Shown here piece after piece: positions 9,701 through 17,337 of a DNA stretch of 49,349 nt. The stretch is from positions 1 to 49,349 of IMG/VR virus record IMGVR_UViG_3300032290_001111. One strand, written 5' to 3'. The translations under genes and the position numbers were made by a program. Numbering within the stretch: the stretch's first letter is position 1; every line of letters begins with the position of its first letter. The notes below the pieces were generated by a model. That model made no database searches and had not been told where the DNA came from. It worked only from the letters and a program-made list of their open reading frames with translations. Source of the DNA: a virus (Duplodnaviria > Caudoviricetes).

Positions 9701-11005
9701 GCCCTTGCCTTTGACTTTGCCCTTACCATTACCCTTGCCCACCCGTAGGATGTCTCCGAAGTATGGAAGCCGAGCCGCTTCCGCTCGTGCCAGATCCCGG
9801 GAGTTCCCGCGCAGCTTCGCCAGATCGAGAGCCTCGTTACTGGCCTTAACCATCGCCTTATAGCGGTCCATTCGAGCGAGCTCGATGAGCTTCCCTTGTG
9901 CCGACATCAACATCTTCTGCTCCTCCTTCTTCTTACGTCCGGACAGCATCTTCGAGGCAAGCACTCCTCCCCCGATGAGGCCAGCGGCAATACCGAGCTT
10001 CTTGAGCGTCGGAAAGGATTTCCTAGTTGCGTCCACGGTCGGACCCTTCCAGCCTTTCGGGCGGGCAGGATATGTGGTGGACTGTGCGAGAGCCTCTTGA
10101 TTCACGGCACCACCAAACACAGGGGTATCAAGCCTTTTAGCCTGCCTGCGCAGAATCGCCTCGCGGTCGCTCCCCGGAGCCGTGAGTTTTCCCACGGCCT
10201 CCCGCATAAGTTTCACCTTGCGCTCACTGGTTCTAAGAAAAGTGGCTGCATCGTGCATTCCCTCCGCCCCTGGAGGCATCGGGTCTTCGATTATCTTCAC
10301 CACATTGAGGGCCTTCTTGGTCAATTCATCGGGCTCAAGGTTTGGGGTGATTCGCCCGCCCTGCTGCCAGAGGACTCCTTGCTTTGCCCGCTCGGTTAGC
10401 TTGCCGAGGTAGCGGCTTCCGCGCTCCTTCAGAGCGGTGGCATCTCTGGCCTCCGCAGATTTGATAATCTTCTCGTATCGCTTACTGGAGTCATCAAGCA
10501 TATCCTTCTCGCGATCCGTGAGATCATACCCCTTGCGAATTGGCCCGCCGTTAAACTGAGCATCCCGCTTGCGAATAGTCTGCAACAGCTTACGCCGGGT
10601 TCCCACTACCTGTGCGAGCTTCTTGCGCTCTACCTTCGTCCATTCACGCACTGGGGCTTCCTTATCGCGGTCATCCAGATTCAGTCCATTCTCTTTGGCG
10701 TAATCGTAAAGCGCGCGGCGAGCCTCTCCTGCGGCATTTACCGATCGGAGGTCCGAGGCTTTCACTGGACGCTTCCCGCCTCCATCGGTGGGCACATACC
10801 GCCCGCCGCCCTCCCTCGTCACGGACTCCGGCACCTCCTGCGAAACTACAGCCTTGCGAACCTCATTGAGGATACCCCTGTCGTCATACACAGACCCCTC
10901 AAGGAGCTTTTTTGACATCTCGCCAGGCTTCGCGAACGCGAGCAGACCGGTGGCGATCCTATTGAGCTGGAAAAGACGGTTTTTGGAGATTCGCTTGAGT
11001 GACAT
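6800..11005 (-). CDS. About 1400-aa basic modular protein with many glycine-zipper segments (putative internal/ejection polyprotein)
   Basis: Long ORF with repeated GxxxG hydrophobic stretches followed by basic runs and (M/F)(S/N)..IxF linkers; ATG 11005 after GTTGACA motif. Confidence 0.7.
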   Translation of the reverse strand: MSLKRISKNRLFQLNRIATGLLAFAKPGEMSKKLLEGSVYDDRGILNEVRKAVVSQEVPESVTREGGGRYVPTDGGGKRPVKASDLRSVNAAGEARRALYDYAKENGLNLDDRDKEAPVREWTKVERKKLAQVVGTRRKLLQTIRKRDAQFNGGPIRKGYDLTDREKDMLDDSSKRYEKIIKSAEARDATALKERGSRYLGKLTERAKQGVLWQQGGRITPNLEPDELTKKALNVVKIIEDPMPPGAEGMHDAATFLRTSERKVKLMREAVGKLTAPGSDREAILRRQAKRLDTPVFGGAVNQEALAQSTTYPARPKGWKGPTVDATRKSFPTLKKLGIAAGLIGGGVLASKMLSGRKKKEEQKMLMSAQGKLIELARMDRYKAMVKASNEALDLAKLRGNSRDLARAEAARLPYFGDILRVGKGNGKGKVKGKGKGKGKRETPIHIQRLVVGSAAANLRNFYRKTPFAQKLNRERAVQDATRAADAAIRNRDAQIKANEAARALRPTGYTSTKERKKAQKQAAGRVKNDTRNTTEGGEPINKEPRSPIESNIRKVIDALNQHKVKGVSEEIQDRMVMTHRMNRSLERQNKDLQTTLNQTRKEYSDKLAGVDELRDSFVKSQRGMAEMQRTYKDRVQKEVSGVQQTLGEQHKKAMFEEEGRRYKHVAIGAGVGLVGGAALGSSAMREADQNKAKQKQLRFERGDYDDAKRMAISSAITGAAGGGIVSALHRPRDGKALRGVAGVSAKKVVEAAPAPLRKQFNRIGKAAFKGGALLGGAGLAASVIGSKILGKPKESDKASATKSGALGGVIVGGLGGATVGALAGMLNKDTKSKVVRKAGNFVRRHRAWLPIAAIGKGGALRRAVIGGTVGALVGGVQMADEGQQADTIRNLKKPTRMSSKLQPVQFAEAPLSGKLAIDRYRKRIQDEDLDRRDANILRTALSGAALGGVLKGRRGAAAGAGAGAMLVPLIRTRTEAGKDMYGERTREGKRAEGIPWKAAALGTGALIARKGIKRARGIASRFNVGARNAGKAAKITGLVGGGLVAANLLMNSKTKTIRFREDDEITDKEWLASGGDKEWRKGRIFANKATVYGKRGTRLAKDVVRAVKGEKNVDSRGRERQREWDKPWVRNMILGGILATGAVAGRRIVKGTADGTVISGWRNAVQSGELRDAMTHKMPRLAKAYNAITGYTDDAVNEAASAVNQSGIAGRGLAWVRRNAAARREVKKAAARGSAGDEAATAIEAAKAAKDQQDAVKKYGKIIEGKFSNPANQRGVIRFISNESDYDTRRDGDMLLVRKIRRRNREEVPTLQTKRWREGVIDPAKNVGAFLAGLGTMAILHKGGKVSGKRTGGGPGAMPSTGAVDHGDVLAGSLRKSKVHQASSITKDLIALSSMLDDVL

Positions 11006-11023
11006 CTTACCTAGATGTCGCGA

Positions 11024-11030
11024 TGTCAAC
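11024..11030 (-). promoter_or_regulatory. GTTGACA late-gene motif (18 nt before ATG 11005)
   Basis: Intergenic positional copy. Confidence 0.6.
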
Positions 11031-11033
11031 ACC

Positions 11034-12341
11034 TCAGAGCCGCTGCACCCGTGCGAGGATTCTGCGCTTACCCTGCCTGAGAAGGGCGTTCACTCGATGA
11101 TTCCCGTCCTTCAAGACATACACCCCATGCCCGAGATGACTGATCACCGGCGGCGCGAGCTTCGCGCTTTTGGTCATCTTCCTGACCTTCCCCTCGTCGA
11201 TGCCCCACTGAGGGCTCACGATGGAGCGGATGCGAACCATGCGCTCCTTGCCCTCGCCGATGCGATGGATGCCCGGCTTCACTCCCTTTCGGAAGATTGG
11301 GTTCTCGACTCGTTCGAACTGGATGGTGTGGAGAAGGGATGAGAGCTGCCTCTCCTTTGGTTTGCGCGAGGCGGCGTAGGCTCCGGCTGCGACTACCGGG
11401 ACCACGACAGTTCCAGCAATCAGGTATGGCTTTTGACGGGCCGCGTCCCGCTGCGCTCTCCTGGCTGCCCACACGCTGTCTTTCATCCGGTTCCTCTGAG
11501 CGTGGTAATTCCGCCAGCTTTCACTCTCCTTTTTCATTATCCTCTTAACCGCTGTTTCGTCATACGGTCGCTGTGATTGCAGCTCCTCGAATAACTCCCC
11601 CTGCCTTGCGGCATTCGCCCTTGATGACCTGGCGTATTTGCTGAAAACTTTTGCGGTCCTTGCGTGAGCCCCCGCCTTAATGAAGGCGGGAACGAGCGGG
11701 TTGCGCACAATAAAGTCGTCGATGCGCGGCCCGAACTGGATGACGGGGAGGAGGGCGGAGAGCTGTTTCTCCTTTGGATTGCGCGTGGCGGCGTAGGCTC
11801 CGGCCCCGATCAGGGCGGCGGCTCCGAGCCCGGCTCCGATCTTGGCGCTGCGGGAAATGCCTTTGCGAGCCGGGGCGACAGCAATCGGAGGCGTGCCGTG
11901 ATAAAACGCCCTCCCGGAAGACTCTCCGTGCGCCCGCTCCCAGGCATCGTTCGGCTTACTGGTGATCATCAGCGCACCCGCAGATGAGCCCTTTAGGTGC
12001 ATTTTAGAAAACTCATCAGTTGTCGGATAGTGCCTGCGACCAACCCGCTTCGACAGCTCCTCGTGAGTCAGGCGCTCCGATACCACCCTGCTGATTGTCC
12101 GCCCCACTCGGTCCTTGGTCCCTGTCGGGATGCTGGTGCTCACCCTCCATGCTGACTTATCCATCGGGTCTCTTTCAATTTCGCGCCGCCATCCCCGCTC
12201 CGACACTGACGCTCTCGAAGGGGTTGATGTGGCAAGCCCCCTCAGGCCGTGCTTATCCATATCCATGTAATCCCTATCGACTGTTCTGACAAGAATCTGA
12301 CGGGTTGCGAACTGAAGGAGCTCGATGATCTGCCTGCTCAC
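11034..12341 (-). CDS. Three-module protein with C-terminal ParB/sulfiredoxin-like domain
   Basis: Two copies of AGAYAA(T/S)RxPKE(K/R)QLS(A/S)LLxxIQF; last module PPVI..YVLKDGNHRVNA; GTG start overlaps upstream stop (GTGA). Confidence 0.7.
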   Translation of the reverse strand: MSRQIIELLQFATRQILVRTVDRDYMDMDKHGLRGLATSTPSRASVSERGWRREIERDPMDKSAWRVSTSIPTGTKDRVGRTISRVVSERLTHEELSKRVGRRHYPTTDEFSKMHLKGSSAGALMITSKPNDAWERAHGESSGRAFYHGTPPIAVAPARKGISRSAKIGAGLGAAALIGAGAYAATRNPKEKQLSALLPVIQFGPRIDDFIVRNPLVPAFIKAGAHARTAKVFSKYARSSRANAARQGELFEELQSQRPYDETAVKRIMKKESESWRNYHAQRNRMKDSVWAARRAQRDAARQKPYLIAGTVVVPVVAAGAYAASRKPKERQLSSLLHTIQFERVENPIFRKGVKPGIHRIGEGKERMVRIRSIVSPQWGIDEGKVRKMTKSAKLAPPVISHLGHGVYVLKDGNHRVNALLRQGKRRILARVQRL

Positions 12342-12478
12342 TTCTTCTTCCCTCCCTCGATACGGCCCATACTGCGCTCCATCTCGCGCTCGGCAATGCG
12401 CCAAGCCGCGTCCTCGAATCCGGCCATCCTCAAGGCCCGGAATACCGCACGCATGAATATACCCCTGAGTCTGTTCAT
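12338..12478 (-). CDS. 46-aa small protein (absent from ORF track)
   Basis: MNRLRGIFMRAVFRALRMAGFEDAAWRIAEREMERSMGRIEGGKKK; ATGA overlap with portal stop and GTGA overlap with next gene. Confidence 0.6.
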   Translation of the reverse strand: MNRLRGIFMRAVFRALRMAGFEDAAWRIAEREMERSMGRIEGGKKK

Positions 12479-14256
12479 TTCTTCGCCCCTCCCGGTGCCG
12501 CGACAGGCGCGTGCTCGCCTCCTGGAGTGAGTCCGGCGTCGCGATTCAAATCTTCGGTGGTCGGCTCCTGCGGCACGATCTTCTCGGCCTCGCCTTGCGG
12601 TAGCCCGAAGACCTGCATGAGCGTCTGGATGGCACTGTCGCGGTCCATCTTGCCCTCCCCGACTGCAACGAGGATCTCCGTGAGCTGCTTGACGCCCTTG
12701 TCGCCGATGGCCTGGATACTGACCGGCGGAGGCGGAGGCTGCGGCGTCGGGGCCAGGTATGCGGCTTTCTGCGCGGTGATGTCCGGGAACAGCCCGCGCG
12801 CGAACACCTCGGCTGGCAACTGGGCCTTCGCGCCTTCGTCAAGCGCGGTATTCGCCGCTTGAGCGTTCGACTGGAACACCTCCTGCGGGTTGTAGCCATA
12901 CTTGGACGTGACATCTGCAACAGGGAACAGCCCGTGAGTGACCCCGGCGATGTCGTTCTGCATCTCGTATCCAGCATCAGTGGTGATCCACGGGCCGAAG
13001 TGCCACGAGGACTGGAACTGGCCCGGGCTGGCCGGGATTTCCTTCCGCGCTACGCCGAATGCGATCACCTTGTTGCGGATGCGGGTGAGGATCTTCTGCA
13101 CGATGATGTTGTTCTGCCAGCCCTGGATTGTGCGGAGGTCCCCCTGGAGCTCGATGCGCTGCGACACGCCACCGAGGCTCGCCAGGTCCCACAGGAAGCC
13201 GTAGGAGAGCTTCAGGGAGTGCGCCATGCGGCGGATGAGGGTCTGCACGAAGACCATCGTTGAACCGGACGGGCGCGCCGACGGGGTGAGCATCTGAAAC
13301 ACCTCGCCCTCACCCATCTTCAAAATCTTGCCCCAGTTCGCCTCCTGGCTCGGGGTGCCTGCCGCGGTCTTACCGTCCCACGCGCCGGGTCCCGTATTCG
13401 AGAACGGGTCCTTTGTACCCACAAGACCGGCCCACTGGCTTTGCGTCTTCATCGCCACCTTCTCGGCATCGATCCACTCCTTGATGTCGCGGGCGTCATT
13501 CAGGAGCCGGAGCAGCTTTGTGCGACCACGATACTCATCCCCGGCGTCGGCATCGAACACGTGAATGAACGCACGGGGCTCGACTTCGCGCTTGTCCACA
13601 TACTGATTGTTCTTCGTGCGCCGGAATGTGCGGTAGCTGACGACCCTGCCTGTCGCTGGATCGATCGTGATGCCTCCGACGTAGTTCTCGTTCGTGTCCG
13701 CCTCTTGCGGGTTCCCGATCCTGTCCGCGCTGACCAACTGGACGCAGAACTCTCCGTTCGGAGACCATGCGGGATCGACCTCCACGATGCCTGAGTCACC
13801 ATCCACGAGGAACCCAGTGAATGCGAGCTGGACGAGCTTCGAGAAGCGGTGACGTCCGGTGATGTCGCACCGCACTGTTCCGTCCATCGCGGGGATGTCT
13901 CCGCACCACCCGTGGAAGTAATCGTCGTAGATCCGGTTCAGCTCAGGGTCCCCGGAGTTGGCGTGGTTGGTGATCGTGCCGCACACGTAGTTTACGATGC
14001 GCCCTACCACCCCGCCGATCCACTGATACTGACACAGGTCGCGCGCGTCCCACATCGCCTTGATGCGGTCACGGTTCGCCATCGATGTCTCACGCCCTGC
14101 GTTCTGGGATTGCCCTCCGCTACTGCCCCGCTGGTGGGAATTCGGGTTGTATCCGGTGGAGAAGGCGACTTCGCGGTATCTGGGATTGAACACCGTGACG
14201 ATGTTTCCCTGCCCGTCGTATAATCCCTGCCCTGCTTCGAGTTTGATGTCCTTCAT
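12475..14256 (-). CDS. Portal protein, lambda family
   Basis: 593 aa; ARDL, LVDGD, FIHVFD..EYRG, LSYGFL, SQRIEL motifs of lambda gpB-like portals; follows gpW-like gene. Confidence 0.9.
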   Translation of the reverse strand: MKDIKLEAGQGLYDGQGNIVTVFNPRYREVAFSTGYNPNSHQRGSSGGQSQNAGRETSMANRDRIKAMWDARDLCQYQWIGGVVGRIVNYVCGTITNHANSGDPELNRIYDDYFHGWCGDIPAMDGTVRCDITGRHRFSKLVQLAFTGFLVDGDSGIVEVDPAWSPNGEFCVQLVSADRIGNPQEADTNENYVGGITIDPATGRVVSYRTFRRTKNNQYVDKREVEPRAFIHVFDADAGDEYRGRTKLLRLLNDARDIKEWIDAEKVAMKTQSQWAGLVGTKDPFSNTGPGAWDGKTAAGTPSQEANWGKILKMGEGEVFQMLTPSARPSGSTMVFVQTLIRRMAHSLKLSYGFLWDLASLGGVSQRIELQGDLRTIQGWQNNIIVQKILTRIRNKVIAFGVARKEIPASPGQFQSSWHFGPWITTDAGYEMQNDIAGVTHGLFPVADVTSKYGYNPQEVFQSNAQAANTALDEGAKAQLPAEVFARGLFPDITAQKAAYLAPTPQPPPPPVSIQAIGDKGVKQLTEILVAVGEGKMDRDSAIQTLMQVFGLPQGEAEKIVPQEPTTEDLNRDAGLTPGGEHAPVAAPGGAKK

Positions 14257-14513
14257 TTGATTTCCGAGAAGTCTGTGACGCCGATTCCGTGGTTGATTAC
14301 TGGTTTGATGATGACCGTGGCGCTCCTCTCCTTCAGGACGAACGCGATGGCGTTGAGCTGATCCTGAAGCATCCGGAGATCCCGCGTGAGGGACTTCGAC
14401 CCCATCGACTGAGACACGATGGTAGTCTCCTTCGCTTCGAGAGCGGTCTGTAGTGCTTCAAGGGAAGCAGTGTCTTTTGCGCGGTACCGCAGCAGATAGT
14501 CCGTGTAGGCCAT
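14253..14513 (-). CDS. gpW-like head-tail adaptor
   Basis: 86 aa directly upstream of portal; VSQSMGSKSLTR hairpin between helices; ATG 14 nt after GTTGACA. Confidence 0.65.
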   Translation of the reverse strand: MAYTDYLLRYRAKDTASLEALQTALEAKETTIVSQSMGSKSLTRDLRMLQDQLNAIAFVLKERSATVIIKPVINHGIGVTDFSEIK

Positions 14514-14527
14514 GCTGAGTGCGCTGG

Positions 14528-14534
14528 TGTCAAC
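14528..14534 (-). promoter_or_regulatory. GTTGACA late-gene motif (14 nt before gpW-like ATG)
   Basis: Start of head operon. Confidence 0.6.
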
Positions 14535-14776
14535 ATCCCCGGATTCCACCACCAATTTTAATTTTTCCGAGTTACGTTTAGATAGAGGTAAATATGTGTA
14601 ACTCAGTGTTATAGGGGTAGTCGCGGAGGTTCTGGCGGATCAACAAAAATGGTCTGGCAGCCCCGAGGCATCCCTATGCATCCCGGGTCGCGTGACTCGG
14701 GGGAGCGCAATACTATCATCACGATGCTCCCGTGGTAACAAACTCTAGTCCGGAGCCTAAAGGGACACCCGTTAGT

Positions 14777-15022
14777 ATGCGTTACTTAATCAGTCAGATC
14801 CAGGATTATGTCGGTGCCAGTACATGGCACTGGGAAATGGTCGCCGTCGAAGCAGACGGAGGCGCAGAGACGGTCACACGGGTCCAGAAGCGGAAAGATC
14901 TTCCGTCCGTTCCCGAGGCGCGAAAGATCCTCGCCGAAAGAAAGGCGAGACGCGAGGCAATGATGGCCTGCCCGCCGTGTCCGCCGCCGCGTCCGACCGA
15001 CATCGGGGATGACTACTGGTAA
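14777..15022 (+). CDS. Hypothetical early protein
   Basis: First rightward ORF after the divergent intergenic region. Confidence 0.5.
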   Translation: MRYLISQIQDYVGASTWHWEMVAVEADGGAETVTRVQKRKDLPSVPEARKILAERKARREAMMACPPCPPPRPTDIGDDYW

Positions 15023-15157
15023 CTCGGCAGACGCCCTCCTTCTCGCAGCTTCGGTTGCAGGAGGGAGCGGTCTGCCTGGAAGTCCAGGTAAGGGAAAACA
15101 AAACCGAGGTGCTCCCTGCCTCAAAACCAAAGTCGCCCGATAACGGCGCAATGAACA

Positions 15158-15376
15158 ATGGCACGCACAACACGCAACATCACCCATGCCGGATACTTCC
15201 GGCACCCACACACCATGTCCGAGGCACGGGCGTGGTATGCACTCAAGTCGGAGGCGGATGAGTGGCCGCACCTGAAGCGGCTTCTTGCACGCCGCGCCCC
15301 TCGCCGCAGCCTGCCTGACGAGTGGGACGACAAGATGGTGGCGGCGCGGGGAGAAATCCCAGCCTGCTTCAAGTAG
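15158..15376 (+). CDS. Hypothetical protein
   Basis: ORF flanked by structured intergenic regions. Confidence 0.6.
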   Translation: MARTTRNITHAGYFRHPHTMSEARAWYALKSEADEWPHLKRLLARRAPRRSLPDEWDDKMVAARGEIPACFK

Positions 15377-15470
15377 GTTCCTATCTCCCCTTCGGCGCAA
15401 GCCGGAGGGGAGCAGGGAGCAAACAATAACCCGCTGACTAACGCTCCGTCAGCACAAGAAAGACAAGAAC

Positions 15471-15830
15471 ATGAACAAAAACAAAAACGCCACTATCATC
15501 GCTCTCGCAGCGATGTTTACACGGGCCAACTCGGCCCTCACAACAGCCGCCAGTAATGGCGAACGATACACCCCGTCATTGGGCGTAGAAGCCGACCGCA
15601 AGCACGCGGCAGCCGAGGCACTGAAGGCCATCGGGCACCCCGTCATGGACCCATACGTGGGCATGGCGGTAACAGCGCGCGACGGCACGCAATGTCGCGT
15701 GATATACGTCGGCCTCGAAGGCGACGTGCTGGTGGAGGCCAGCTTCGTCAGTCGGATGTGGTCCGGCAACATCATCTCCTTCTCGGAGGAGTTCACGGCA
15801 GTCCCTCTACCGGAGGGCTGCGAGCATTGA
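15471..15830 (+). CDS. Hypothetical protein
   Basis: ORF with A-rich leader; coupled to next ORF. Confidence 0.6.
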   Translation: MNKNKNATIIALAAMFTRANSALTTAASNGERYTPSLGVEADRKHAAAEALKAIGHPVMDPYVGMAVTARDGTQCRVIYVGLEGDVLVEASFVSRMWSGNIISFSEEFTAVPLPEGCEH

Positions 15831-16150
15831 AAACTCTCGCAGAAATCGTCGGCGTGCTGCCAGCAGTGCCGGAATACAAGCAGCGTCGAATCTACTGGTT
15901 CAAGACGGGCGGTATCGCATTTATCCTTGTCGGATACTGCCCGGACACGCTGGATAACTTCCTCGCGCTGTTTAATGACGCGAGGAAGACGTTTCCGGGG
16001 CTGCGCCTGGAGGATATATCCTGTGGGAAGGTGAGCAAGTCCAATACAATATATGGCTTCACGTTGATTCGCTTCGACGTAAAGGGGCCGCGGAAAAAAT
16101 ACCGCGGATGGGACGGCCTGGATGGGAAGCACCTGGACTTCAACTACTGA
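15827..16150 (+). CDS. Hypothetical protein
   Basis: TTGA overlap, GGAGG upstream. Confidence 0.55.
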   Translation: MKTLAEIVGVLPAVPEYKQRRIYWFKTGGIAFILVGYCPDTLDNFLALFNDARKTFPGLRLEDISCGKVSKSNTIYGFTLIRFDVKGPRKKYRGWDGLDGKHLDFNY

Positions 16151-16383
16151 CGATCCGCCGTTAGTTCCAACCCTGCCGGGAGCCCTCACTCCCGGCAGCA
16201 TGGAGCCAACGAAGACACTGCTCTTCTGAAGCACCAAAAGTCAGAGTCAAGTGACTCTGGCTGGGCGAACACAACAGGCAGACAAGCTCTGCCGACCCGT
16301 CCGCATACGCCCTGCGGACAAACAACCCCTGCGCACTCACTCCGGCTGTGAGTGTAGCGAACCAAGTGCCGGAACTTAAACAC

Positions 16384-17337
16384 ATGAATAAGAACCACAA
16401 GAACAGCAGCCCCCGCAACAGCAAGTCCATCGGCGCAATGGTCTCCGAGATGGAGGCCGCAGGCGTCAAGGTGCCATACGGAGCGCCCCGCCAGGCGTTT
16501 CCTCGCGCCGTTGCGACCGCATACGCCAAGTGGCGCGCGGCCACGGCACCGAGAGCGGCGGTGAAGCCAGCAGCGGCACCACAGCCACGCCCGCAGCGGA
16601 AACAGGAGCAGGAGGAGCAGTCGCCCTACGCCCCTGGCTCGCGCTTCATTGCGAGCCGCACCAAGGCTCAGCTCTGCGACGCCATCGTGGCACGCGGAGG
16701 CCGCGACCCGATCAACGGGTCCAAGAACGCGCTCGCAAGGGCGCTGTCGGAGATCGCTGGGAAGGCAAGCGTGGACCTGGCTCGCGAGCTGGGTAATTCG
16801 GCAATGGCGATCGCCAGCCGCCGCAACCGCTGGAAGGCGAAAGCCGTGGAAGCCGCGCAGGTCGGCATCGTCCTGAGCGACGAGGAGCGTCGCACCGGGC
16901 TCTACCGCATGGATAACGCGGTGGCGCTGGACCTGGCTCACGGCGACCCATTGGAGTCGCTGTGGCGGGCAGCAGCGCCGTCGTGGACTGAACTGGTCCT
17001 CGATGTGCTGGTCGAGGCCGCGAGTGCCCCGGTCTCGCTCGGATGCGAGACATGGGCGCATCGCCAGAAGCTCCAGGGAATCCCGTGGGGCAACTCGGGC
17101 GCGGCGCACGAGGAGCTCAATGCCCGCCCACGGGTGGACGAGGAGTTCGCAGACAGTATACAGGACGAACTCCTGCGCGGGCACATGCAGAAGCGCCGCA
17201 CAGAAGGGCGCGATAAAGCCTTCGTCAAGAAGGCCCATCGCAAGGCCCGCGGCCAGCGCCGTGCGGAACTCCCGGCGGAGCCCGTGGCAGTCTCGCTGAT
17301 CGACTCCGATGTGGAGTCGAACCCGGGGCGCTGGTAG
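16384..17337 (+). CDS. Hypothetical protein (basic, Ala-rich)
   Basis: Long ORF starting the coupled early operon. Confidence 0.65.
   Translation: MNKNHKNSSPRNSKSIGAMVSEMEAAGVKVPYGAPRQAFPRAVATAYAKWRAATAPRAAVKPAAAPQPRPQRKQEQEEQSPYAPGSRFIASRTKAQLCDAIVARGGRDPINGSKNALARALSEIAGKASVDLARELGNSAMAIASRRNRWKAKAVEAAQVGIVLSDEERRTGLYRMDNAVALDLAHGDPLESLWRAAAPSWTELVLDVLVEAASAPVSLGCETWAHRQKLQGIPWGNSGAAHEELNARPRVDEEFADSIQDELLRGHMQKRRTEGRDKAFVKKAHRKARGQRRAELPAEPVAVSLIDSDVESNPGRW

Noticed and set aside
9688-9740. CCTTGC-type short tandem repeat
   Set aside because: Simply encodes a low-complexity GK run; no sign of phase variation
11890-12300. Possible ADP-ribosyltransferase motifs (LVRT..ATSTP; FYHGT) in the first module of the 435-aa protein
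   Set aside because: Motif order and spacing unconvincing without a profile search
68-14260. Numerous plus-strand ORFs over the head operon (e.g. 4272-5222, 5565-6281, 8468-9157)
   Set aside because: Antisense shadows of long GC-rich minus-strand genes; no motifs or RBS
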